Shown here: piece by piece, positions 1 to 12,372 of the stretch | Numbering within the stretch: the first letter of the stretch is position 1 | Layout: the number at the start of each line of letters is the position of its first letter | Assembly: GCA_001655205.1 (NCBI GenBank) | Contig: LPNZ01008900.1 | Coordinates: 1-50,955, forward strand | DNA: 50,955 nucleotides | Direction: 5' to 3' | DNA from: Lenisia limosa | Taxonomy: Eukaryota > Protista > Breviatea | Program-made: the position numbers and the translations under genes | The notes under the pieces: generated by a model | What the model was told of the DNA's origin: nothing | Seen by the model: the letters and a program-made list of their open reading frames with translations, nothing else | Database searches by the model: none

Positions 1-1034
1 CAAAGAATGGTGTGTTTAAACTTTTAAGATTTTTTACTCTTTAGAATTAACTGCTGAGGTTTATAAAATCATGACAAGCACTGAAGTTCAAATTGCAATT
101 GTTGATGTGACAAGGTTTGCTTCATGAAAACTCTACCATTCTGTGTAATGTATCGCCCCTCCTTCAGCTTGAAAAATCCTTCGTTACCGGAAATGTTCTT
201 CGCTACTTTAAATGTTTAACTGTCTTAGAAATAAAGAATTTGGAAAGAACTTAGCGTCTTGGTCTAAGTGCTCGGAATTCCCTCAAGTAAGCTTTTTTTT
301 TGTCATTCAAATTGAATGCAAGTATTTATTCCTATAATAATCTGTAATATTTACATAAGTTTCAATCTAAATCATATTTTTAGCTTTGTTTGAATGGTAA
401 GTTTGCCGCCGGCCCTCAAGATATCATTACCAAATCCAAAAACAATGATCTTGTCGATATGCTCTTGAAAGTGAGTGGACCTTGTGAACCGGTGTAATGT
501 TCAGGCTGAAGAAAAAGATGCTGAAGCGTTGACCAAAAGAATTATTCAGCTTATCAACCAGGATGACTGGGTAAGTCATCTCAATTACCTTGTAATATAG
601 TCAACCTATTCATGTTCAAGGTTCTTTTTATGAAGGGTAACCCTGAAGCACCCCGCTGCGGCTTCAGCAACACTATGTGCAGTAGGCTGTTTCCCCCCCT
701 CCTTTTTTTTTTTTGACAGCACCTCAAGCATTGTCTTCATTGTCCAGGTATTCTGAAGCAAGCAGGCTTGACCAAGTACTCAACCTTCGACATCCTCCAG
801 GACGATAAAATCCGTCAAGGTAAGATAGCAGGTGGTTCCTCTTTTTCACATTATTGAGGTTTGAAAAAGCACAGCAAGTGGCCCACTTACCCTCAACTCT
901 ACCATAAGGGTGAACTTCTTGGCGGACTTGGTTGGTGGATTCTCAAAGTGGTCAAGAAGTTGTCAACTGACTTACTGTTTATAGATATCATCAAGGAGAT
1001 GATTGAAGATGGTGAACTCCAAGAAATGATTTAA
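1..1034 (+). CDS. Monothiol (CGFS) glutaredoxin with two tandem Grx domains (Grx3/4/PICOT-like); 5' end lies outside the window; about 9 introns
   Basis: Spliced translation gives [20 protein letters not shown]...[63 protein letters not shown] (TAA 1032-1034). An upstream degenerate domain reads [27 protein letters not shown]. Confidence 0.92.
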
Positions 1035-1340
1035 CTTTTCAACTTTTACTATGTTTCCTATTGTTTCTCTTGTTTCCGTTAATACATATGTAACACCGTA
1101 ACACCAAAATCAGTCGTTTTGATTGCGTTTTAGTTTGATATATTAAGGTATCCCAGTGTGTATCAATATGAAGGAAAGCATAAAGCACCAAGGAACAACA
1201 GAACAACTGCAACAAACAACCCCTTTCAAAAGGGGATCGATCAGCGGATCTTGAGAGTTGAAAAAGTGTTTTAAAAAGGAAAAGGGCAGGGAATTGAAGG
1301 CGGCGTAAGTGTAAGGAAAGCTAAATAGAAGAAGGCCAAG

Positions 1341-3357
1341 ATGGAAGAAGCGGGTAATCAAGGCAGCGACCAAGTAGGTTAATGAGAAAACGACTTACAA
1401 TCAGAATGGGTTCGACGATATTTTCAACTCTGAGGAGTCTGACGGCCAATCAAGCGTTGATGTTGATGATAACGATCTTTTTGGAGATAATGGCAGTGAA
1501 CACAACTCCGAGAATGACCCTGTTGAAGAAAATGATGTTCTTGAGGTTGACCCAGAAGCACCCTACCTCACAGATTCTGATTCAGAAGTAAATAATCACA
1601 ATTAATCATTATTTATGTTTTAGTGGATTTCTGTTCAGCTTCCCTCAACTGTCTGCATTGAAAAAGAAATGTATGATGATGAAAAAGTCAAGAACGAAAA
1701 CCCTTTCTTGTGAGTTTTGGATATATCTAATTCTTGCTGGGATATATATTAATGTGGTTGAAATCAATTCTAAATCCCCCCCCCCCCCCNNNNNNNNNNN
1801 NNNNNNNNNNNNNNNNNNNNNNNNNNNNNNNNNNNNNNNNNNNNNNNNNNNNNNNNNNNNNNNNNNNNNNNNNNNNNNNNNNNNNNNNNNNNNNNNNNNN
1901 NNNNNNNNNNNNNNNNNNNNNNNNNNNNNNNNNNNNNNNNNNNNNNNNNNNNNNNNNNNNNNNNNNNNNNNNNNNNNNNNNNNNNNNNNNNNNNNNNNNN
2001 NNNNNNNNNNNNNNNNNNNNNNNNNNNNNNNNNNNNNNNNNNNNNNNNNNNNNNNNNNNNNNNNNNNNNNNNNNGAAAACCTCGTTTACGGTACAAAGGT
2101 ATTGAGAACACGATTAGATTCAAACAAGGAGAGGATCATGCTGGTGAACCTGTGGTTGGTGTCTTCCATAGTGTTCCTTTTAACTCTTAGATTGAGTGTA
2201 ACACCCAGTTCACTGAGGATGATGATGGCAGTTTGATAATGATTTTAAAGTATGTAAAGGTTTTGTCCAGTGAAAACATCATGCGTAATAGTGGTTCAAG
2301 TGTTTTTTGTTTGCTTCATCCTTCAGTGACGAGGTGTACACGATTAAAGAGTCGGCTGTTGAAGAGCGAGCAATTTTAGTGAACAACAAAAGTAGGTGCA
2401 AGTTTAGCTTCTTTTTTGTTTGCCCTGTTTATACCTATTTTTGTCACGTTGGATGAGGCTCCTGTTATTATTTTTCTCTCATTTTCTTTGAGGACTAATT
2501 ATTTAGCCAATAAACCTGTTGATTGTGGCCCTATTAAAAAGAAATGGACCATCAGGCCAAAGAACTTTAATTCACCAGTCCAACAGTAGGTTTCTTCACT
2601 CTTGAAGAATTTGACTGTTTTTGTTTGCTGATTTAATGTAACAGGGCTATTCAAGCCAATATTCGAAGACATTTTGAAGAGGCTTCCAGTGCCCGTAAAA
2701 TCGAAGCTGTTGCCGACCCTTCTGAGCAAGCCAAAAAACTACTTGCGGTATGCTACCATATGGGAAAAGTATAATGTGGTGGACGGCTTTTGCCAGATAC
2801 TATCTATTTTTATTTCTCATTTCTACATGGATCTAATGTGGTGGCTTACGTCAAGATGTCATTTTACTATTTCTATGTATTTATTGTTTAGAAAGAGGAT
2901 GAAAACATTCGCTCTAAACAATCGAGGAAACGTGCTATTAGTAAAAAATCAAAGTAAGGATGAGGTTAAGTAGCGCTACAGTGGCTGATACATCTTGGTT
3001 TCCCATTTCTGAACAGAAATTGCCGTTCATGTATTTGCAGGGAATACGGACTGACGGCAGAATACCTTGAAACTGGAGATGCCAATACACTGGAGGAATT
3101 CAGAGAATTGGAAGAGGATGAGCAACCCAGAAAGAAAAAGAAGCAAGTCAAATCGTAGGCTTGAAGTGTAGTTGTTAGATAGCTGGTGGTGATTTCTTCA
3201 ATTCTGAGTGTAACTGTTAATGCTGTTCAGACGGCGTCATATTGCTGAAGAAAGTGAATCGGAGTCTGAAGACCTTGCAAGTGACGAAAAAGATGAGGAA
3301 GAAGATGAAGCTCATGATTCCGATCTTGATTTTCTTGATGAACAAATAAGCGATTAG
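1341..3357 (+). CDS. LEO1: RNA polymerase-associated Paf1 complex subunit Leo1-like; spans an N-gap at 1790-2074
   Basis: Acidic N-terminus, then WISVQLPSTVCIEKEMYDDE...KPRLRYKGIENTIRFKQGEDHAGEP/IECNTQFTEDDDGSLIMIL...DCGPIKKKWTIRPKNFNSP. This matches the recalled Leo1 core (VKLPNFL...VENTIRWR...ESNARIVKWSDGSMSL...KLTFRP). Acidic tail ends at TAG 3355-3357. Confidence 0.78.
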
Positions 3358-3885
3358 GTGTCTGATTTTAGGGGCAATCTTAAGTGATTTTGTAAAAGTA
3401 GGACTGGTTGTACATTTTAAGAAAATTATGACTGTATTTGAATGTATTCTGATGAAAATGATTCTACACTCATGCGGCAGACTGGTTTACTGGTGGTGTA
3501 TTTTATTTTTTGGTTAAGATCACATAAATCACATGTATCCAAAGACTCGAACTTACGGACTTACGGTTGGACCTCAAGACCTTAACTCAGGATGAGGGGG
3601 TTGTATTCATGTATTCTTCTTGTATTCTTCAAGCGACCTAATAGCGACCTGTTTGCTTGCGACCGGAAATTGACAGGAATTGATAGACCATGTGATAGAC
3701 GATAAGTACAAGCTAGGGTGATCACCAAGATCTTAAAACCGCTGTGACATTTGTGTTTATAGTGGTTTTAGTGGTGTTCAAGCTGTGTTGTGGAACTTAA
3801 GAGAAAGAAAGAAAGAAAGAATCGTCAGCCAGCCTATATTATAAGAAACAAGAAGAGTTAAATAACAACAAACAACCAATTCATC

Positions 3886-5883
3886 ATGTCATCTACGTAC
3901 TCTTTCCCCATTCTCTCCTCAGAAGACATTCTATTATGTATGCAAGAGTTGGATGTACCGGTCACAGAAGAAGATTTGAAGAATCCTCACCCTGATCAAG
4001 TTTGTTATCCATTTTTGACTCACTCTTCAGATAAAAAACATCTACGCTTTCTTTGTTGATATTCTCATGGGAATAACAAGAGAAGAATTGCAGCAGCCGT
4101 CGTTTGCGGTTATGGAGATGCTTCAGTTTCCCGAGCTCCACGAAGAATCAATTGCAGAGCTTGCCTTCCATAAGCATTTGTTGAAGGGGTAACGGATATT
4201 TTTTGCTGCATTTTTTTGAAACACATCAATTCACCCAAAAGGATCAACCTGCTTCAGACGTGTGGTGTCCATGACTTCACCCTCAATGACATTTATAAAC
4301 CAGTCGCTTCAAAAACACGACGAAATCTCTCGGCCGTTATCAATTTCGCGAAGGTTTGAGGGAACTCGTTTACTTAGTTATAGCCAATCAAGATAGTAAA
4401 GTTGCGAGTTCACCTTTTAGTTCAGAGAAGAAAGGCTCTTCCATTATGAAGAGCTTTGTAACCAGACAGCCGCCTTTGGGACAGCTCAACAAGAGGCAGA
4501 TGCTCGCAACGCAGAAATTAAATTGAAACTTAGGAAGCTGAGGTAGTAGAGTGTTTTCTTGCCGTTTACTGCCTAGGGAAGAGGTTGAAAGCAGTCGTCC
4601 ATTGATATCAAACCTCAAGGAAGAAGCTTCAAAACTAGAGGACAAGCTCGCTGATTTGAATAGGTTTGAATCAAGCAGAACTTTATTTTATTAATTGTTG
4701 TCATTCGTTTTAGAACCCAAGCTTCAACTCATGCTGAGATCAAATCTTCGAAAGCATCACTAAAGGAAATGGCAGACCAACTGGTTAGTTTTTTTCAAGA
4801 TATAACCTTTCAGTCGGCTGTCAAATTCCAAATACTATCAGCCCACCAAGACTCCACCCGTTTGGAAGGGCAAATTGTCAAAAGTCCAAGAAAACTCACA
4901 CAAGTAAGAGGTACAACTAAAACTGCCTTCGTTCTATTATTTTGTGATACATTACCATAATTATGTTTTCCCCTGATATCTAATCATGAGGTTTGGGGAG
5001 AACTGGTCTGCATTGGTTATTTGTCCTTTTCAATACTCTAAAATCGTCCACAATTATACTATGATTATTTTTTTAAAAAAACGAGTTTGCTCAATACAGT
5101 GATGTATCAAATATTATTAAGATCTAGTCTTACCATTACAGGCTCTAGTTGAGTTAAACCGTGAAATCAATGAACTCAAGGAATCTAACAGTGAGGGTGA
5201 GGCTAGACTCATTGATTTGAGTGAACGAATAGAAGGGCTTACAGCACTGGATAAGGTTTGTGCCTTCTTGAGTCATTCTTTAGACTCTTGGTGTATGTAA
5301 CCAGGCACTAGAAGAGTTGGATCAGGAACAAACAAAATATGATCAGGTATGTATATACTGGCTTTTGTTTTACTTATACCATAGGCTATAAATGAAATTG
5401 AATCGTTGAGTGCTGCTGTTAAAGAGAAGGAGAAAACTATCGAAGAACTGAAGGGTGCTGAAGAGGTAACGCTTTTCTTAATCTGATAGATTTTTAGACC
5501 TATGAAGCCCAAGTTAAAGCCAGCCAAGAGAAATTACAGCGCCTTGAGTCGGTCAAAACAGAGAAAATCAAGGTAAGTCCACCAACTCCCCCTTCCCTTT
5601 TTTTTATTCTCCAAGGCTACAGAACTGGCAATGGAAGCTGCAATGGAACGGTTGAAGCATGTTGAAAAGTCTAAAGTTGAAGAAAGCCGAAAACAAACAG
5701 AGAATATCATGCTTCTGCAGAGAGCAGAGAGGAAAGTGGGATATAATTGCTTAATTATTGTTATAGTACCAAACACTTGTTGAGTCACACAATGCCGAGG
5801 TAGCCTCATTACGCCAACACCTTAAGGAGTTGGAAATTGAAGTCTCTGAATACAACAAGGTTTTAAAAGAGGCTCTGAGATGA
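3886..5883 (+). CDS. NUF2: Kinetochore protein Nuf2 (Ndc80 complex)
   Basis: MSSTYSFPILSSEDILLCMQELDVPVTEEDLKNPHPDQ...FPELHEESIAELAF...CGVHDFTLNDIYKPVASKTRRNLSAVINFAK is the Nuf2 CH-domain signature, followed by long coiled-coil exons. TGA at 5881-5883. Confidence 0.93.
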
Positions 5884-6269
5884 TGTTCCTCTTTGCCACT
5901 GATTATTTATTACACTTTTCCAATGGATGCATGTTGTTACTTCTCTTTATGGCAATTTTTCGAAAACTCTAATGATATCGTGATACCCCCCATTCATAAT
6001 AAACAATTACACCATAGAAACGTACAAAAAAACAAAAAAAAAAATGAACATTGACATTAGTAGAACCCGAAATACAAAATGAAAAATAGAGAGGCTGGGG
6101 AAAGAAATGCTAAACAGCTCTCGTTTTAAAAGAAGCCCTCCTAAAAAAATAAGCGCGGAAAACAAACCAACCAGGACTTTTGGGACTGTTGACTGAAAAA
6201 TGGGACGACTGCTTCATCAAAAGCATTGATCAAAATTTGTGTCTATAGAGGTTATCACTCTCTTGCCTA

Positions 6270-9200
6270 TCATACATCTCTAGCAAATTTGTTCTTGAAA
6301 TCTAAAAGCTGGTCTGCGGACTCAAGAAGGTCGGCTTCCAAAAGAGCAACACAAGGGTGGAACTGGCTCAATGAGCTGTGTCGCACCGGTGGAGTATTTG
6401 GCCGCGCACTTAATCTACAGAGAAAGTGTGATGTGGATGGCAAAGAGACACCCACCTAGACGGCTGCTGTGAGTTTGTCCAGTCAAAATGTGCATTAGGA
6501 AGGTCATCACAAAAGGAATAAGTAGCGTCAATTGATGAGTTATTAAATAGCGGAGTATTGGCTCGGTAACGTCTCTCCTGAGCAAGTAAAAAGAAATACA
6601 AAAAAAAAACAATCAGGAAACCAAAATGAACAAAAAGCACTCACGTTTTCAGTGGGACTAAGAGTGGGGTCACTCAGAGAAGAGCCCATGAGCAGTACAT
6701 TCTGTCGCTCAGTGTCCGTACAACAGTCAATTTTGAGAGGGGTCGGACGTTTAACCCTTGGAGTAGGTGTAACGGAAAAGGAGTCTGAAGAATCGTGGCT
6801 TCCAGAATCCTGTGAGTTGAGGTAGAGACACAACCGGAGACCGTTGTTGTACTGATCAATACCAGCTGTTGCTTCTCGAATGGCAGTGTTCAATAGACTC
6901 AAGACTTTTTGTCTGGAATGCGTCAGAGTATCAGAAACTGATATCAGAGATTTCAGTCGCAAAGTTGCCGTATTCACTAAGAAGTCTGGGTTTGCTCCAA
7001 CAATCTCTCCAGAACAGTCATCATTGATAATTTTCAAGATCTTGGGTGACTTTGAGGAGCGAATAGCAGAGAGCTGGGAGAATGTGGCATCGCTATCAAT
7101 GGTCCACCTTTCCATACGCGGCTGGCTGTTTATCCAGACATTTCGCAACTTGAACACTCCGTCAGGATCATCATCCAAGGACTGGCAGTTTTCCGAAAAG
7201 AGATTCAGGAAATATGGTGCTGCTCTGACATTTTTGTTTTCTGATGTGTAGACGTAGAGAGGATGGTCTGGCAGCTTAGGGCAGCCAGCAACGTCTGCCT
7301 TCATTGTCTGCGTTACAAATGGGGGAAATTTGGGGACAAAGAAGCGGGATTCGGCTTGACATGTAGGCGACATTGTCTTCAACACTTGGGATGCGCGAAA
7401 CGTCTGCACCAGACGTGGAAACTTCAGGATTGATGCTAGGGAACGGTTCATCTCAAATTCCTGCGTCTCCTCAATAGCAATTCGTTGTTCACGAGTTAAT
7501 TGCTGAAAACATAAACAGTCCTTAACTTGACGGTCTGATTCAAGAATAACATGAAGGTGCTGACACAGCTCTTCAATGCAAGAGAGCATGGGGTAACATG
7601 GGATAAATCTTAGTAGCCATCGCATGAACAAGTATTTATGCGCTTCAGGGTCGGTTTGGGTTGGCACTTGGAGTTGACAGATGTAGCGCGTCCAAGCCTC
7701 GGAAAATAAGCCAGTTGTCATACCAGCCATTTTAATAACTTCAACAGCGAATAAGGAAGAAGTGGTAGTCGAATTTTGAAGTGATATCGGAGAGTTTCGG
7801 TCACTAGGAGACCCAAACGTGCTAGGGGACCGGACAGAAGGAAACGCAGAGGGTGTAGAGCTTTGTCTCGTCTAAGGTGGTCATTTATGATGACTGTTAA
7901 TAATATCATACAAACTTTAGTAAGAGTATGTAAAAAGTTGGTCATATTTTATCTCTTTTGTTCTTCCATTTTTATTTCATTTTGCTGATTGATCTATGAA
8001 AAAACAATAAAAACAGCCTACCAATGGAGAAGGGCAAAATGGGGGTAAAGATGGAGTGGGGCTGATTGTGGCCGATTTTGGATGCTGGCGCCCTAAAACG
8101 TTGGTGGAGGAGAACGGACTGGGAGGCTTGGGATTCCTTGGCTGATAGCTGTCGGAACCCATCGATAACTAAAAAAATGAGAAGTTCATAGGTAGAAAAC
8201 GTTATTGTGATTTTTCCAAAAACTCATATTGAAAAATAAAAAAGGACTGTTCTAAGCAAAGAAAACTAACCTGAGAATTTGTATTTGGATGATTCTCTGG
8301 CGTATCTGGGGAAAGAGCAAAGGAATTGGAGGGAAGGCCGCTGAACGAAACGGTTTTTGTATCAAGGTCAGATGCCGAGTCCAGAGTGGGGGACTCTCCG
8401 AAGTCCAGTGATTCCGACGATAGCCCCGAGGGTATCGAGGAATCTGAGAGAGAAACAGGGGAAATGGGCTGTGAAAAAGCGGTTCCGTCTAAGGGGGCAA
8501 TGATCAGTTCCTGAATAGGGTCGGATAGTGGTTTTCTGAAAGGGCTGCCTTGACGGGAAAATGATGCAGGAGTGTCAGGAAGAGACATGGGGGGGATCAC
8601 ATCCTGGGGTACAAGGGGTCGCACAGCGGTAGGACTGAAAAGATAAGGTGGTGGCTCCTTTTCCGGCGGCGGAGAATCCATTTCTTGCTTCTCAATCGGG
8701 CTGATGTCTGGGCTGAATCCTCCAAAACTGTTACTGGATTGCGGAGATGGTGACGTCTGGCCATAGGTGCAACTATGGCGAGAAAGAGGCGAGCTAGTGA
8801 GGGGAACATTGTCGAAACCACTGAAGGATGAGTCAATGGTTAACGGGGGGTCAGCGTGTCTGAAGGGAGGGGACGTGGTGTGCGCCCGACGGAGATCCAC
8901 ATTGATGAGATTGAAATCTCCTGAAAAATGAAGAATCAAAAGAACAGCATACCAGTTGGGACTACTGGAAGGGAACCAAAAGAGTCACCAGGGGACATAT
9001 TGGTGGACCTTGGAGGTGAAGACAAAAAACAACACACATAGTATCAAGATTATTGAAAAGGACAAACCTAGAATGTGTTTTGAGTGGAGGTAGGCTTTTA
9101 TTGTAGGTGGCTTTGGAAAACCAATTTTTAAACGGGTCTGAGAAAAGTAACCTTTCAACTTCAGCCTCAGTAAAATTTTTTACACCCCTAGAAGTATGAC

Positions 9201-10745
9201 ACAAGAGAGCCAAAGGTTTAGCAAACCTCAAAGACAAATTAGCAGATTCAACTGCCTTTGTGTCGAAGTACATAGCCTTTTGGAAAACTGATCCCCCAAA
9301 ATATGACAACTTCTCAAGAATCTTATCGCAATCAGCAGAGGTCAGATCATTGTTTTCAAGAACAGTCATGTTGGTTTCGTTGTAAGTTTTCCAATGTGCT
9401 GGTGAGAACTCAGTGAGGCCCGATATATTCTAGATAGTTAAATGAGCTGAAAAATAGAAGAGTAATAAGTATTATATGTCTGTAGTGGTGATAAAAAGTT
9501 CGTGAAGAGTGGCAACGTACCGCAACGTCCACGAGAGGTTTGGTCGAAATATCGTCGACAGGAGAGGTGTTCGCCATTTCACGAAGGCGGATTTGGAGTA
9601 ACTCCACCATTGATGAGGCTTCGAATCCCTCCACATTCGCTGCAAACTCTGAAACTTCCCGACAGATATCCGCCTGGGTATTTGGCCAAATAGTAGTCCA
9701 CTCATTTGAAACCAAATTCAACTAAATGGTGAGGCCAGCAAACAATTTACCTTGGAAGCAGCTTCACCCAGGAGCACTTTCACTGTGTTCACTAAATGAA
9801 GGCCAACTCCAGGATTGGGGTTCATGGTGGGAAACATCAACTCTTAACAAAATCAGAAGGTATCGTGAAAGGCGTACCTGGAGGAGGAGGGAGGGGAATG
9901 GGCTTGTTGGCAACAAGTCTTCGAAGGACTTGAGCTTCGTATGCTGACATTCTGAGAACTATTTTATATGCCTGAGTGTGTCAGCAAACATAACTTCATG
10001 GGAGACACTGTACAAAGCCCCAAACTGGGAGAAGTTCACTCCATGCTTTGATAAAGATTTTTCCAATCAATGCGTGTGGGAGCTCGAAGTAAATGAGGGA
10101 GACTAGTTCGTTCACAAAAACACAATCAGTAGGGCTGGGGGTCTTATTTCTGTTGATATACTCCTCTTTCAGAACTTTGCTAATCATATCCACACGATCC
10201 TAATAATGATAAGATAGGCTTGCAACTGGCTTACCTCAAAGGAGATGGGCTCATCAAGTAGAAACGCTAGTTCATCTCTGGTTGCCTGCAATGTTATCAA
10301 CCCAGTAACCACGGTCACAAACCAGCAGAATATCGGCTGATGCAATAAGAGCATTTGCCAATGACACAGGTAATGATAGATCGCATATTTCAGGGGATAG
10401 CTCCTCCAAATCTTCAAGGCAGAACGAAGCTAATTAAATAAGAATTGTTCATAACGGGTGGGGACCTCCCACCTTCTTTAATTGCAATAATTAGTCCGGA
10501 TCTCATCATGGTTGACAAGTTCGATTCCCTTAAAACACAGTCTCTTCCAATAACATCAGTAACTACTGTAGCCTCAATAATCTGAAAGGTAACCAATCAA
10601 AAAGAAACCCTTACCAAATGAAATTTATTTAGGCACTTTCTCAGCTCTTCGAAGAGTAACCAGGTGTTATCATCCAAGAGTCTAGAGGTATTAATGGCAA
10701 AATCAAGATATTGGGTCCAAGAAGCGAATATCAAAACTGCATATT
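6270..10745 (-). CDS. Large uncharacterised multi-exon protein (roughly 1100 aa) with a central Ser/Pro-rich disordered region
   Basis: Long minus-strand open exons (6543-7800, 8250-8939, 8990-9370, 9500-9721, 9996-10596) are joined by GT-AG introns. Final exon ends ...LLDFKNKFARDV* at 6270. No family recognised; 5' end uncertain. Confidence 0.7.
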
Positions 10746-10793
10746 ACTCTCTTAGTTCAGGATAATTTACATGTAAAGTTAAACCATATCATA

Positions 10794-10869
10794 CAGTGAC
10801 CGGGATAAGTCTTGACCGATTTGCTATTATTTCCCATTGAAAATCGGTCAAGACTTTTCCCGGTCACTG
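10794..10869. mobile_element. 76-bp MITE-like element with 29-bp terminal inverted repeats and TA target-site duplication (Tc1/mariner type)
   Basis: TA|CAGTGACCGGGATAAGTCTTGACCGATTT...AAATCGGTCAAGACTTTTCCCGGTCACTG|TA. The arms match with one mismatch. CAGTG ends and flanking TA (10792-93, 10870-71) are characteristic of Tc1/mariner. Confidence 0.8.
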
Positions 10870-10899
10870 TATATATACATAGTACCTGTAATTAGTATA

Positions 10900-11951
10900 T
10901 TAATATTTCGCTTTAGTATGACTAAAAAAAAAAGCAAACTTCATTTGCTTTTCATTGCTCAATGAACTATTGAGAGTTTGATCAGTAATCTTGGTTCGTA
11001 AAACAATCAAATCGGTGATTTCGTCAAGAAGGTCACATATTGGAACCTATATCGTAAAAAAGACACCATTTGAAAAGCAGAAATTTTGACAGACCTTTTC
11101 AGCTGTATGCTTCTTATACTCATGAGAACGCAGCAAGTAGAGAAGCTGGGTTGTCTCCATTTGTTCTAGCAATGATATGACCTAATAGTATTATTAATTT
11201 ACGTTGTAAGGCAAATGATTGGTGAAAAAGTAATAATATCACCAATATCCATTTATAAACGTTATGATACCTGATATCTACATGCCACTTTACTTTGCCT
11301 AATAATGTTAAAGAATGTAATGGCTTCTTTATCATAATTGCTTATCCGGTGTGGAAACTGTATATAGCTATATATATATATATATATATATGATATAATT
11401 TATACATATAGTATACTATATANNNNNNNNNNNNNTATGATATATATTTTATAATATATATGATATATATTATTTATTACCCGTATACCTTTTCTTGAAA
11501 ATCTCTCAAGTCCAAAGATCCAAAGGAAGATGATTTTTTTCCGACTCTCACAGCCGGATTAAAGAGTTCATGAAAAAGTTTTTGATGAATGATTGGACCC
11601 TGATGGTGGTAAGTGGGGATGTACCATGTCTTCAACCGCAAGCCAAAAAAGAAGAAACAAAAGGGCATTCACAATAGATATGATATGACATGATATGATA
11701 TGATATGATTCAAGAGTGACAAACCTCCTTGTAACCTCCAGGGTCCTCATTACGAATCCCAGCAACAGCTGCAGTTACCGTTTCCAGATAAGTCTTATGT
11801 CCAAGCTAGAGGCTGTCAGACACTTCCACTTGCTCACTTGATGAAGCTGGATGGCACATTCCTGACACAACGTGTCCCGTTTAGAGACTGCATCAAACGC
11901 CTCTTTCCAAGTGAATACCTGGCTCAGCATTCCTCCAACATGTTGACCCAT
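10900..11951 (-). CDS. Further minus-strand exons; either the 5' part of the 6270-10745 gene or a separate small uncharacterised gene
   Basis: Short open segments (MGQHVGGMLSQVFTWKEAFDAVSKRDTLCQECAIQLHQ; RLKTWYIPTYHHQGPIIHQKLFHELFNP; CDLLDEITDLIVLRTKITDQ) are separated by intron-like AT-rich stretches. The splice phase across the MITE-containing intron was not resolved. Confidence 0.4.
11361..11475. repeat. TA-rich low-complexity/microsatellite tract (contains a 13-nt N-gap), intronic
   Basis: (TA)n with TATAGCTATA, TATACTATA and TGATATA interruptions, directly visible. Confidence 0.85.
11677..11709. repeat. (GATAT)n pentanucleotide microsatellite, intronic
   Basis: gatatgatatgacatgatatgatatgatatgat. 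Confidence 0.85.
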
Positions 11952-12372
11952 CCCTACAACCTCATGTAGGTCTTTTCACACAACACAACCCTTTCCCCTC
12001 CGCTTTTCTCCCCCACTTGGAATAAATAAATCACAAAATAACACCAAGAGCTCCACAGCAACACCAGAACACCACACCAGTACACCAGTGCACTGATGAA
12101 ATCGGTGAGTTAGACCCGCCGGCGAACAGAGAACACTTCCAAACGCAAAAAATACCTAAAATAATAATGGGGGTACGCTACACCAACGCGAAAACACCCC
12201 CCTCCCCCCCGCGCGAGAGAAGAAAATCGAAAAGAGAGGGAAGTCAACAAGAGAAGACAAAGAGAAGAGGAGAGAAGAGAGAGAGTCACCGAAAGAGGAC
12301 AAAGAGAAGAGGTGAGCAAACTTTTAGGTGCAGCGAAATAGAATTTGCACTCATCAGCAACACTCGTGCGCA

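Noticed and set aside
1658-2236. ORFs spanning N-gaps (also at 26495-26929, 39752-40541 and 45123-45704)
   Set aside because: They are artefacts of translating Ns. The gaps abut poly-C/G/T runs, which is typical of assembly breaks.
3560-3830. Short local duplications (acttacgg x2, gcgacc x3, (GAAA)4) upstream of NUF2
   Set aside because: They are too short to distinguish from slippage or chance.
10745-10760. In-frame TAA suggesting stop-codon reassignment
   Set aside because: It falls in probable intron sequence. Conserved genes here end in TAA, TAG and TGA and need no readthrough.
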